A stretch of DNA of 64,000 nt from Candidatus Brocadiia bacterium (GTDB lineage Bacteria; Planctomycetota; Brocadiia; SM23-32), in the NCBI GenBank assembly GCA_046538485.1, contig JBKHIT010000004.1, forward strand, positions 101,875-165,874, read 5' to 3'. The notes under the pieces were generated by a model. That model was not told the origin of the DNA, did not search any database, and saw nothing but the letters and a program-made list of their open reading frames with translations. Positions within the stretch are counted from its first letter, which is position 1. Each line of letters begins with the position of its first letter. Shown here piece after piece: positions 50,211 through 59,975 of this stretch. The translations under genes and the position numbers were made by a program.

Positions 50211-51347
50211 ATGGATAGGCAACTCAGTTGCGGAATCATCGGTTGCGGTGTTATCGCCCCTACTCACGCCGAGAGTTACAAAAAGCTCGACGGTGTGCAA
50301 ATCAAATGGGCCTGCGACCTGGTGGAAGAAAAGGCGCTGGCCCTTGCGGGACAATACGGTATTCCCCGCACAACCACGCGCTACAAAGAGGTATTCGAAG
50401 ATCCCGATGTGGACTGTATTTCGGTCTGCACGGATCATGCCTCGCACGCCCCAATAAGCGTAGCCGCCCTCGAAAACGGGAAAAACGTGCTGTGCGAAAA
50501 GGCGCTCGGAGCCACGCAAAAAGATCTCGATGCCATGCTCGAAGCGCATGCAAATCGTAGGAGCCTGGTCTTTAGCGGCGTCTTCCAGCACAGGTTCGAT
50601 CCGGTTAACCGGACGCTTAAATGGATGGTCGATGAGGGCATGTTCGGCCAACTGCTGACGGCCGGAGTCCAGATGAGATGCCTGCGCACCGACGAGTACT
50701 ACGACAGTGACGAATGGCGAGGAACGTGGGCGCAGGAAGGTGGATCGGTTCTCATTAATCAGACAATCCATTTCATCGATGCGTTGCTCTGGATCGTTGG
50801 AGGGGCCGAATCGGTGGCGGGCCATTACACAAATCTCACGCACAACGGCAGTATTGAGACGGAAGATTGCGCGGTTGCTTCGCTGAAACTGAACTGTGGT
50901 GCTCTCGGCATTATTGAGGCAACCTCCGCCAGCCATCTGAACTGGGAACCAACAATCAGTATTCACGGCACGGAGGGTTCGGTCGAACTACGAAATGACA
51001 AACCGCTCAAGATTGAGTTTGCTGACCCGCTTCGGCAAAAGGAAGTCCAGGACAAACTCGCCGGCGGCAAGCTGGAAGACTCGGCCGCTGCTTCGAAAGG
51101 TTACTACGGTGTGGGCCATCCCGCACAAATTGCAGATTTTATTGAAGCGGTTCGCAATGGTCGAGAACCATACGTTCCGGCGGAATCCGCCCGTCATGCC
51201 GTCGATGTTGTTCTGGGAATTTATCGGTCGCACCGCGAGAAAACATGGATCCCTTGCTCCGTTGGAGCAAAACACGGCAAAGAGGGTGTTACCCAGGAAA
51301 GCCAGAAGAATTTCGAGCCCCAGCAAACGACAACCAGGAGCCGATAA
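50211..51347 (+). CDS. Gfo/Idh/MocA family oxidoreductase
   Basis: IGCGVI, LCEK, WRGTW..EGG..INQ.IH.ID, ED. Confidence 0.93.
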   Translation: MDRQLSCGIIGCGVIAPTHAESYKKLDGVQIKWACDLVEEKALALAGQYGIPRTTTRYKEVFEDPDVDCISVCTDHASHAPISVAALENGKNVLCEKALGATQKDLDAMLEAHANRRSLVFSGVFQHRFDPVNRTLKWMVDEGMFGQLLTAGVQMRCLRTDEYYDSDEWRGTWAQEGGSVLINQTIHFIDALLWIVGGAESVAGHYTNLTHNGSIETEDCAVASLKLNCGALGIIEATSASHLNWEPTISIHGTEGSVELRNDKPLKIEFADPLRQKEVQDKLAGGKLEDSAAASKGYYGVGHPAQIADFIEAVRNGREPYVPAESARHAVDVVLGIYRSHREKTWIPCSVGAKHGKEGVTQESQKNFEPQQTTTRSR

Positions 51348-52385
51348 ATGTCTCAGTGCCCGAATTACCTCAACGACTACCAGGAAATTTACGAACAGAA
51401 TCCGCGTGGGGCCGCCCTTCAGTGGTTTCGAGACGCGAAATACGGCCTTTTCATGCACTACGGACTTTACAGCTTATTGGAACGACATGAGTGGGTCATG
51501 TATCGCGAGAAAATTCACGTTGCAGAATATGAAAGGTTAAAGGACGATTTCACGGCCGAGGCGTTCGACCCCGACCAGATCACGGATCTCGCCCTCGAAG
51601 CGGGGATGAAATACGTCAACATAACTTCCAAGCATCACGAGGGGTTTTGTCTCTGGGATTCTGACTCAAATGATTTCAACAGCGTTAACTCCCCCGCCGG
51701 GAGGGATTTGATCGGAGAGCTCTGCGAGGCCTGTAACAAGAAGGGGCTTGGGTTTTTTTGCTACTATTCCCATGGTCGGGACTGGCGTCACCCGCACGCG
51801 CCTAACAACGATGAATGGGGCGGCTCCGCGCGACCCGAGTACGACGAACCCGAACCGGTATATGCATGTGGAGACGAACACGATCTTGATGAATATGTCG
51901 ATTTCGTAAGCACTCAGATTGAGGAACTACTGCGAAACTATTGGCCAATGGCGGGGATCTGGTTGGACGGTATAGCGACGCCTCTGTCGGGTGATTACAG
52001 CAAATTCAGGTGCCAGGAACTGTATGACAAAATCCACAGTCTGCAGCCACAGGTACTTGTTTCGTACAAACAGGGGCTACTTGGCACAGAAGATTTTAAG
52101 GCTCCCGAACACGATGCGGTGGAGACAGATGATACTCCCGTTGAGATCTGCACGACGATGTGTCCCGGGTCCTGGGGCTACATAGCAGAGAAGGCCGGGG
52201 AGCATAAAGATGAAACCGATGTCTGGCAGACACTGGGAAAGGCCCGGCAAGATGACTGCAATTTGCTGCTCAACACCGGCCCCCTGCCGGATGGATCTAT
52301 CGACCCCGAGGATGCGACAGTTCTGCGGGCGGTTGGCAGACGCCTTCTAAACGAGGGATTTCCTCAAAAAGCGGATCGACAGTGA
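51348..52385 (+). CDS. GH29 alpha-L-fucosidase
   Basis: WF.DAKYGLFMHYG, KHHEGFCLW, WLDG, WGY, NLLLN.GP; ATG immediately after the upstream stop. Confidence 0.93.
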   Translation: MSQCPNYLNDYQEIYEQNPRGAALQWFRDAKYGLFMHYGLYSLLERHEWVMYREKIHVAEYERLKDDFTAEAFDPDQITDLALEAGMKYVNITSKHHEGFCLWDSDSNDFNSVNSPAGRDLIGELCEACNKKGLGFFCYYSHGRDWRHPHAPNNDEWGGSARPEYDEPEPVYACGDEHDLDEYVDFVSTQIEELLRNYWPMAGIWLDGIATPLSGDYSKFRCQELYDKIHSLQPQVLVSYKQGLLGTEDFKAPEHDAVETDDTPVEICTTMCPGSWGYIAEKAGEHKDETDVWQTLGKARQDDCNLLLNTGPLPDGSIDPEDATVLRAVGRRLLNEGFPQKADRQ

Positions 52386-52391
52386 TCGAAT

Positions 52392-52877
52392 TTACTGTCG
52401 GGAAGAACGTGCCATACCGATACGCCCCGTGCGCACCATTTCAACAATCCCATAAGGACGCAGCAGATCCAGCAGTGCCTCCACTTTTTGCTCGGTGCCG
52501 ACGACTTCGATAACCATTTCCGCCTGTCCCACATCGACGATTTTTGCCCGGAAGACTTTTGCGAGATCGATAATTTGGTCTCGCTTATCGGCCCCCACTT
52601 CGACCCTGACAAGCAGAAGATCCCGCTCGATCACAGCTGTTTTGCTGAAATCCTGGACTTTGACCACGTTAACCAGTTTTTCCAGTTGTTTCCGCACCTG
52701 TTCGAGGACAGCCTCATCACCGGCCACAACGATCGTCATGCGGCTCAGTTCAGGATCTTCTGTCTCCCCGACAGCCAGGCTATCGATGTTGAAGCCTCGC
52801 GCGCTGAACAGGCCAGCGACCCGGGCAAGCACCCCGGGTTTATTTTCAACCAACGCGTAAAGTATATGTTTTTTCAT
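52392..52877 (-). CDS. ilvN: Acetolactate synthase small subunit
   Basis: VENKPGVLARVAGLFSARGFNIDSL ACT domain. Confidence 0.97.
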   Translation of the reverse strand: MKKHILYALVENKPGVLARVAGLFSARGFNIDSLAVGETEDPELSRMTIVVAGDEAVLEQVRKQLEKLVNVVKVQDFSKTAVIERDLLLVRVEVGADKRDQIIDLAKVFRAKIVDVGQAEMVIEVVGTEQKVEALLDLLRPYGIVEMVRTGRIGMARSSRQ

Positions 52878-52912
52878 CTCCGCAGGTTCCAGTTTTCAGG
52901 ATAGCGTCTCTC

Positions 52913-54592
52913 TCAAGCCATTCCGCTGAGCATCCGGTCAATAGCTTCTCCGGCCGGCACCATCGGAAAAACATTTTCCTCGGGCTGGATATGGAAATCT
53001 ATGAGCACGGGTCTATCCGCAACTTCCATCGCTTTGTCAATGGCCGGACGGACCCCTTCTCTATCGTCAACCGAAATGCCGACCGCACCATAAGCTTCCG
53101 CCAGTTTGCAAAAATCGGGGTTTCCGCTGCCAAGTTCCGTATGAGAGTAGCGTCTATCGTAAAAGAGTTCCTGCCACTGGCGAACCATTCCGAGATAACC
53201 GTTGTTTAACAGGGCGATTTTAACAGGAAGTTTCTGGATTACAGCCGTGCTGAGTTCCTGAATATTCATTTGGAGTGAACCATCGCCGGCAACAAGCCAG
53301 ACTGAATCATCAGGGCAGCCCACCTGAGCACCGATTGCGGCCGGCAGGCCGTAGCCCATGGTTCCGAGTCCGCCGGACGACAGATACGTTCGCGGCCTGG
53401 TATAGGTAAAGTATTGGGCAGCCCACATCTGGCACTGACCCACGTCGGTCGCAATAATGGCTTTTCCATCTGTGACCTCGTGGATTTGCTCCATCACGTA
53501 CTGAGGTTTTACGTCCGATGCTTCCCGGTCATATTCCAGGGGGAAACGTTCCTTCCAATCCTCGATTTGTTGAAGCCATTTCTCGCGTTCGCCTTTGTGA
53601 ACAACATTTATTAATTCCTTGAGGACCGTTTGCGCATCTCCCACGACCGGGATATCCACGGCCACACTTTTCCCAATAGATGCGGGAGATATGTCGATAT
53701 GAATGATCTTCGCATGGGGGGCAAAAGATGAAAGTTTACCGGTTACACGGTCATCAAACCTTGCTCCCACTGATATCAAAAGGTCACATTCCTGGACGGC
53801 GTAATTGGCGTACACCGTGCCATGCATCCCGAGCATTCGTAGCGCGAGCGGATCGTCCTCGGGGAAAGCTCCGAGACCCATCAGGGTGGTTGTGACCGGC
53901 AAGTTGGCTTTGCGCGCCAGTTCAGTCAATTCTTCAGAGGCGCCACTGAGGATAACCCCACCCCCCGCGTAAAGGACCGGCTTTTCCGCCTCATTGATGG
54001 CCTCGGCGGCCTTTTTAATCTGCCCTGAATGCCCTTCAAGTATAGTCTTATAACCGGAAAGTCCCATCTCGTCCTCAGGTTCACCGTCCACTTCATTTGT
54101 TGTAACATCCACGGGCAGATCAATCAAAACCGGCCCGGGGCTTCCCGTGGAAGCGATGTGGAAAGCTTCTTTCACGGTGCGTGCAAGATCTTTCACATCT
54201 TTCACCAGGTAATTATGTTTTGTAACAGGACGGGTGATACCCGTGACATCGGCTTCCTGGAATGCATCGTTACCGATGAGGTGTGTTTTAACCTGACCGG
54301 TCAGGGCAACAACAGGCACACTATCCATGTAAGCGGTTGCGAGAGCAGTCACAAGGTTGGTGGCTCCCGGTCCACTTGTCGTCAAGCATACGCCGACTTT
54401 ACCGGTTGCGCGAGCATAACCATCGGCCATATGCCCTGCTCCCTGCTCATGTCTTGTGAGCACGACATTCAGCGGGTCTTCATAAAGCTCATCAAAAAGC
54501 GGTATAACGGAACCGCCGGGGAGCGCGAAAATAGTTTCGACTCCCGCTTCCTTCAGCGAATCGATCAGTATTGTTGTGCCCTGTTTTCCCAT
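52913..54592 (-). CDS. ilvB: Acetolactate synthase large subunit
   Basis: PGG, RHEQGA.HMADGYAR, TSGPGATN, FQE, RFDDRVTG, GDGS...NN.YLGMVRQWQ. Confidence 0.97.
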   Translation of the reverse strand: MGKQGTTILIDSLKEAGVETIFALPGGSVIPLFDELYEDPLNVVLTRHEQGAGHMADGYARATGKVGVCLTTSGPGATNLVTALATAYMDSVPVVALTGQVKTHLIGNDAFQEADVTGITRPVTKHNYLVKDVKDLARTVKEAFHIASTGSPGPVLIDLPVDVTTNEVDGEPEDEMGLSGYKTILEGHSGQIKKAAEAINEAEKPVLYAGGGVILSGASEELTELARKANLPVTTTLMGLGAFPEDDPLALRMLGMHGTVYANYAVQECDLLISVGARFDDRVTGKLSSFAPHAKIIHIDISPASIGKSVAVDIPVVGDAQTVLKELINVVHKGEREKWLQQIEDWKERFPLEYDREASDVKPQYVMEQIHEVTDGKAIIATDVGQCQMWAAQYFTYTRPRTYLSSGGLGTMGYGLPAAIGAQVGCPDDSVWLVAGDGSLQMNIQELSTAVIQKLPVKIALLNNGYLGMVRQWQELFYDRRYSHTELGSGNPDFCKLAEAYGAVGISVDDREGVRPAIDKAMEVADRPVLIDFHIQPEENVFPMVPAGEAIDRMLSGMA

Positions 54593-54660
54593 TCCAGTTC
54601 AGCCTTGCATTAACTTTCGAAATCCGGTCACTTCATTTTTTCACGCAGCACTTCTTATAG

Positions 54661-54690
54661 AAAAAGGGAAGCACCCTCATGGGCACTCCC
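54661..54690 (-). terminator. Rho-independent terminator downstream of spoVG
   Basis: Minus strand GGGAGTGCCC-ATGA-GGGTGCTTCCC followed by TTTTT. Confidence 0.7.
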
Positions 54691-54747
54691 GGTTTGCCAT
54701 TGATCGCGATTCGAAAGCCGACTCGATCGTACCAGGATTCGGGGGAT

Positions 54748-55521
54748 TCAGAAGATACCATCTCCGAAACCGCTCGATTCCTCTTCGCCTACGTCTTCTT
54801 CCTCGGGCTTTTCCAGAGTTTCGGCTTCAAATTGCGAGTCAGTTTCTTCGTGTTCTTCCGTATCCTCCTGGATCTCTTGTTCGTCTTCAGAACCGGGGAA
54901 AGGCGGTGGCTCTGATTCAATCTCTTCGGGCGAACTTAATTCTTCGCTCTCCTGCGAAGGAACCGGTTCTTCCAATGTCTCCGATTCCGCCTCTTCCGTA
55001 TCATCTGGCTCGAATTCGACAGCTTCTTCTTCGTACTCCTCAACTTCTTCAGGCTCTTCTTTTTGTTCCACAGGTTCTGTAGATTCCGGCTCATCCGACA
55101 CTACTGTTTCCGTTTCTTCCTCCTCCTCTTCGGCGCGTTTTTTCGCTTCGAGTTCCTCTTTATAGGCCGTCAGAACTCTTTCCTGAATCTTCTCCCGGCA
55201 GGGTGTAACTATCGGATGAGCAACGTCAACGTGATATTTATCCCGGCCTTTTGCACGATCGGGGTCAAGCTTGGCACCACAATCGTTACAATACTTAGCC
55301 CGCAGGTGGTTTTTGCCCCCGCACTTTGGACAATTATCACTCAGTTTCCGGCTCGGCATGGCCACGAACATACCTTTACGGCCGTCGATAACCCGCAAAT
55401 CATGCACCACAAATTCGTCATCGATTGTAATACTGCAGAACGAACGGAGCCTATCAGAACGTCCTCTCAACAATTTTACTCTGACTTCGGTAATTTCCAA
55501 GATTGTATCACCCATTTTCAA
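54748..55521 (-). CDS. spoVG: SpoVG family protein with a Zn-ribbon insert and long acidic tail
   Basis: EITEVRV, ITIDDEFVVHDLRVIDG..G.FVAMPSRK, CPKCG...CNDCG, D.AHPI. Confidence 0.9.
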   Translation of the reverse strand: MKMGDTILEITEVRVKLLRGRSDRLRSFCSITIDDEFVVHDLRVIDGRKGMFVAMPSRKLSDNCPKCGGKNHLRAKYCNDCGAKLDPDRAKGRDKYHVDVAHPIVTPCREKIQERVLTAYKEELEAKKRAEEEEEETETVVSDEPESTEPVEQKEEPEEVEEYEEEAVEFEPDDTEEAESETLEEPVPSQESEELSSPEEIESEPPPFPGSEDEQEIQEDTEEHEETDSQFEAETLEKPEEEDVGEEESSGFGDGIF

Positions 55522-55537
55522 TGAAGCAAACGTCCAC

Positions 55538-56440
55538 TCAGAGCCAATAATTCGTAACCGCCATGGCAGTTACGCCCAACTGTTCCTCAATACGACACGC
55601 CATTTCTCGCGCTTCTCGCCCATCCGTATGCACGGTAAAAAAACTTGAACCACTTCCCGTCAGCCCGAAACCTGTGCTGCTTTGTGTTTTCTGCATCCGG
55701 GAAATTTCGTGACGAATCCGCGCGAGTTCCGGACACACCTGCAGAGCCGGATGAGTAAGATCATTACGCAAATTGCGTCCGATTTCGACTGCATCACATT
55801 CCTCTAAAGCGTGCAACATAGCAGTTATGGTACCTGTCGGCACCGGCCTTGTCAAGCCTGCTGAATATGCCTCATAAACGTCCTTGGTACTGATTGAAAC
55901 GGCCGGGACAATGATGACGTAATTCACGACCCCATCGATCGAGATTGGTTCCACTTCCTCGCCCCGCCCCTCGCACAAAGCCGTACCACTCCAGAGAAAA
56001 AAGGGGACATCGCTGCCTAGGTCTGCAGCCAACATGCAGATTTGTTTACGGGACAATTCCAGCTCCCACAACTCGTTCAGGGCTTTAAGTGTTGCCGCAC
56101 AGTCGCTGCTACCGCCCCCCAGGCCCCGCCCAACAGGTATTGATTTAGTCAGTTCCACTGTCACGCCAAAATCAGTTCCGGTTTCTTCCTGCAGTTTACA
56201 TGCCGCCTTTACAACAAGATTCTCCTGATCATGCGGCAACCCCTCCCCTTTCGCATCCAGAACTACTTCCCCATCATCCCGGCGCCAAAAACGCAGTTCG
56301 TCCAAAATGGTCACCGCCTGCATCACGGTCCGAAGCTCGTGATAACCGTCGTCCCGTTTCCCGACAATGTGCAGCCATAAATTTATCTTTGCCGGAGCTT
56401 CCAGAACCAGCTCCGGATCATTCTTGCGAACCATCTTCAT
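55538..56440 (-). CDS. ispE: 4-diphosphocytidyl-2-C-methyl-D-erythritol kinase
   Basis: APAKINL.L, DGYHEL, K.IP.G.GLGGGSSD, LGSDVPFF, TGSGS. Confidence 0.96.
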   Translation of the reverse strand: MKMVRKNDPELVLEAPAKINLWLHIVGKRDDGYHELRTVMQAVTILDELRFWRRDDGEVVLDAKGEGLPHDQENLVVKAACKLQEETGTDFGVTVELTKSIPVGRGLGGGSSDCAATLKALNELWELELSRKQICMLAADLGSDVPFFLWSGTALCEGRGEEVEPISIDGVVNYVIIVPAVSISTKDVYEAYSAGLTRPVPTGTITAMLHALEECDAVEIGRNLRNDLTHPALQVCPELARIRHEISRMQKTQSSTGFGLTGSGSSFFTVHTDGREAREMACRIEEQLGVTAMAVTNYWL

Positions 56441-57017
56441 TCTCTCTTTCCGCCTGGAAAAACGTCAGCTGGCTTCTACCGTAAACACGTTTTTCTAATT
56501 CCCGGAAACGCCGCGTTGGCCACAGCGCTCCCGCCATTGGTGCGTGGTGAAGGACTACCAACCCGCCCTGGCCAATCCAATGCCCGACCATGCGGTCCAG
56601 AATCTGGAACAACTCATCTCTTTTGTTAGGATCTTCTATAAAAACATACGGCGGGTCAACAAAGACAATATCAGCGGGAAGTTTTTCTCCCGGCGCGGGC
56701 CTCATAGGCAGGAAGAAAAAGTTACGGTGCACAACCGAAGTGAGTTTGCCAAATCCACACCGGTCGATATTTTTTTCTATCAGCTGCACTAAATCAGGTT
56801 CTGATTCGACCAAAACGGCATGCGCGGCTCCCTGGCTTACGGCTTCCAAGCCCAGAGAACCGGAACCTGCGAATAAATCCAACACGGGAGCCCCCGGCAA
56901 CTCGAATCGGACGATATTAAAAAGCGCCTCGCGGACACGTCCAAGCATCGGCCGCAATTGCCCGGAGTCCGTTGTCTCAAGTCGCACCCCACCGGCTTTC
57001 CCGCTGATGATTCGCAT
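56418..57017 (-). CDS. rsmD: 16S rRNA (guanine966-N2)-methyltransferase
   Basis: MRIISG, REALFN, LDLFAGSGSLGLEA.S, DPPY. Confidence 0.93.
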   Translation of the reverse strand: MRIISGKAGGVRLETTDSGQLRPMLGRVREALFNIVRFELPGAPVLDLFAGSGSLGLEAVSQGAAHAVLVESEPDLVQLIEKNIDRCGFGKLTSVVHRNFFFLPMRPAPGEKLPADIVFVDPPYVFIEDPNKRDELFQILDRMVGHWIGQGGLVVLHHAPMAGALWPTRRFRELEKRVYGRSQLTFFQAERENEDGSQE

Positions 57018-57019
57018 GG

Positions 57020-57909
57020 TTAGCTTTCGCGGCTTTCGTCACCGTCGCCAATTTGTTCAGGGCTCACAGCAGTGATCACAACACCGGCTTTCTCAGCTCG
57101 GGCGGTCGTAGCATCGTCATTCAGGACAATCGTGTTTCCCGCTGCAACAGCCAGCACGGCCGCTCCCGCCTCGCTCAGAACATCGACGGTTTCGGGACCA
57201 ATACACGGGATATCAAAGCGAGGATCGTGGTTTTCTTTGGCAACCTTGATGACAACCGTTCCTTCACCGGCGATGCGCCCCCCCGTTTTATCGTAGCATC
57301 TGTTCCATCCATACCTTCTACGGCAATGACAGCCTTATCTTTCACAACGATCGTCTGGCCGATCTGCATTCTGGCTATTTGTTTCGCCAGAGACCAGCCA
57401 AAACGGATATCCTCCCATTGCTCATCGGAAGGTTCCAGTTTTGTGAGTGTACCCTCTTCAGCAAGCAAGTCGGGACAGTAAAGAACCGAACTTTCTATAG
57501 CAATTCCTTCCTGTTTGAATTCTCTTACTACCGCCTCCAGCAGCGTATGATCTGCCCGTGACCGTGCATTTTCATACCACACCTTCATCGAACGCAAATC
57601 CGGCAGATATCGCGTAATATCCGGGTACATTTTGGATTTTTCGACCCCACCACACATTACCGCGTGTTCTACCCCGGCGTTTTTAAAAATTTTGATCCAC
57701 TTACCCAGTTTCGCAAGACCCGTCCAGTGAATTTCATCAACGTAATTTTCAAGTTCGGGAGAAGTTTCTTTTTTGAGTCCAATTGCCACAACGGAAACTC
57801 CGTGGCGGGACGCTGCCCGTGCGAACTCTATCGGAAAACGTCCGTTTCCAGCGAGCAAACCCACCCGGTCCGGGTGCGGGTTCGATTCCTTTTGTTCTGT
57901 TGTGCCCAA
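57020..57909 (-). CDS. lpxI: UDP-2,3-diacylglucosamine pyrophosphatase LpxI, frameshifted at a G7 tract
   Basis: GLLAGNG.FP, IGQT.VV, AVEGMDGTD..I.R in the first frame; the conserved remainder (VIKVAK..HDPRFDIP.IG..T) continues in another frame after 57278-57284 to a TAA at 57020. Confidence 0.88.
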
Positions 57910-57911
57910 AA

Positions 57912-59222
57912 TTAGCTCCTCAGTTGACCATCACCCACAATGGTCCATTTATAAGTGGTCAGCTCTTCCAGCGCCATTGGGCCGCGGGCGTGGAGTTTAT
58001 TGGTGCTGATACCAATTTCGGCGCCAAGTCCAAACTGCCCACCGTCTGTAAAACGTGTCGATGCGTTGACGTAAACCGTAGCCGAGTCAACTTCGGCCAA
58101 AAACCGCTCAGAATGTTCAAGATTATTGGTAACAATCGCGTCACTGTGGCTGGAGCCATAATCATTGATATGATCAATAGCCTCCCCAACATCGTCCACT
58201 AACCTAATGCTGAGAATCATATCGAGATATTCAGTATGCCAATCTTCTTCAGTTGCTTCTTTCAACCCGTCGACAATGTTGCGTGTGCGTTCGCAACCTC
58301 TCAGTTCCACTCCGCGCTCCTCAAGCAGTTCAACTACAGAGGGGAGAAAATCTTGGGCGATACCACTATGCACAAGCAGTGTTTCCATCGCGTTGCATGT
58401 GCCGGGACGCTGGCATTTGGCGTTTTCGCAAACGCGCAGGGCCATTTTTTGGTCGCATCCTGCATCGACGAACGTGTGGCATATGCCGTCGAGATGTTTG
58501 ACAACCGGAATTGTCGCGTTGTCCATAACCGCCCTGATCAGCCCTTTTCCTCCGCGCGGGATCACAACATCGACATAATCTTCGGCCGTCAAAAGCTCGG
58601 GCACAGCCGCTCTATCTGTCGTTTCGATAAGTTGCAAGGTGGCTGGATCTATCTCAGTTCCTTCAAAAGCTTTCGCAAGTTGCCGCTGAATTGCCTGATT
58701 CGAGCGGAGAGATTCTTTCCCTCCTCGCAGGATTGCCGCATTGCCGCTTTTAATGCACAGTGCCGCCGCGTCGGCCGTCACATTAGGACGCGATTCATAG
58801 ATGATCAACACCACCCCCAGGGGAATTCTGACCTTTTTCAGCTTTAAACCGTTCGGCAGTGTCCAACCATCGACCACACCTCCCACAGGATCCTTAAGAT
58901 CCGCTATCGTCTGGATACTGTCCGCCATGCCCTGGATCCGCTTCTCAGTGAGTTCAAGGCGGTCAAGCATCGCACTTGAGAGCCCGGCTTCACGGCCTGC
59001 TTCAAGATCCGCGGCGTTGGCTTCTTTGAGCTCGTCTGCGGAATCGAGGATATTTTCCGCCATACTCTCAAGAATTACATTTTTATCCGCTGCTGTTGCC
59101 TTTGCGATCGAACGAGAAGCTTTCTTCGCTGATCTCACAACTTCATCAACGTACGATTTGATATCCATCCGTGCTTGTACCTTTTTTTCTTCAGGTGGGG
59201 GAGAAACAATCGTCTCGGACAT
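57912..59222 (-). CDS. proA: Gamma-glutamyl phosphate reductase
   Basis: IYESRPNVT, LRGG.E, PRGG, CNA.E, NASTRF.DG, GAEIGIST.KLHARGP. Confidence 0.97.
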   Translation of the reverse strand: MSETIVSPPPEEKKVQARMDIKSYVDEVVRSAKKASRSIAKATAADKNVILESMAENILDSADELKEANAADLEAGREAGLSSAMLDRLELTEKRIQGMADSIQTIADLKDPVGGVVDGWTLPNGLKLKKVRIPLGVVLIIYESRPNVTADAAALCIKSGNAAILRGGKESLRSNQAIQRQLAKAFEGTEIDPATLQLIETTDRAAVPELLTAEDYVDVVIPRGGKGLIRAVMDNATIPVVKHLDGICHTFVDAGCDQKMALRVCENAKCQRPGTCNAMETLLVHSGIAQDFLPSVVELLEERGVELRGCERTRNIVDGLKEATEEDWHTEYLDMILSIRLVDDVGEAIDHINDYGSSHSDAIVTNNLEHSERFLAEVDSATVYVNASTRFTDGGQFGLGAEIGISTNKLHARGPMALEELTTYKWTIVGDGQLRS

Positions 59223-59255
59223 CCGATTTCAAGCTTCTATATTTCTCTCGGCGGG

Positions 59256-59693
59256 CTACCCCTCAAAATAGCACAATACCCCGAGAACAACAAGACTTAT
59301 CATGAAAACAGAGAGAGGTATTTGCCAGGGATAACTGCCATCCCCCAAAAATTCCGACCATGGCTGCGGTCGAAGCCGGACAAACGGCTCCGTTCCTCTG
59401 GTCTTTGAAAAAGACGTATAATCGACGGCCAGTTCACCTTCCCCTGTGTATCCATATTCCTGCCGGGCCACTCGTTCGATGGCCTTAGGATCTGTAAGCA
59501 AACGAATTCTTTCGTCAAGAAGCTGGCGACTACAATTTTCCAGATGCGCCAATTTGGAGTATGTCCGTTCTTGCTCTCGTCTGAGAGAATGGAGCGCGCT
59601 TCCTCGTTCCCCGATGCCAAAACCAGCTCCAACAGCAATTACGGTGACCAACAGGAGAGGGAAAAGAAGGCCCTTCCAGAGCTTTTTATGCAC
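59256..59693 (-). CDS. Septum formation initiator (FtsB/DivIC-like) protein
   Basis: TM, coiled coil and DP..IERVAR.E.GY...GE motif; extra C-terminal hydrophobic helix. Confidence 0.7.
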   Translation of the reverse strand: MHKKLWKGLLFPLLLVTVIAVGAGFGIGERGSALHSLRREQERTYSKLAHLENCSRQLLDERIRLLTDPKAIERVARQEYGYTGEGELAVDYTSFSKTRGTEPFVRLRPQPWSEFLGDGSYPWQIPLSVFMISLVVLGVLCYFEG

Positions 59694-59975
59694 GGTGTAT
59701 TCCTATGATAGAGGCCGAAAACGCCTTATAACGGTATAACAATTCTCGGGCCTGAAAGTCAACAAATGCGCTTGCAGAGGAATTTACGCTGTGGTTCTTT
59801 TCAGACCCTGGCCCGGATTAAATGGGATCATAATTGCTACTGCCTCACGATGGCTCCCCGCGCAAAACACCTCACAGTACTGTCCAATTGCAACCTCCGG
59901 GTCTTTTGTGTACCATTTAAAGAGACGTCAGGGACATTGGCTTTAACATCAAAGAACCTGGAGGCTGCATAAGAA

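Noticed and set aside
54593..54747. ilvB leader peptide, attenuator or T-box
   Set aside because: No Ile/Leu/Val-rich leader or T-box motif; the hairpin is adequately explained as the spoVG terminator.
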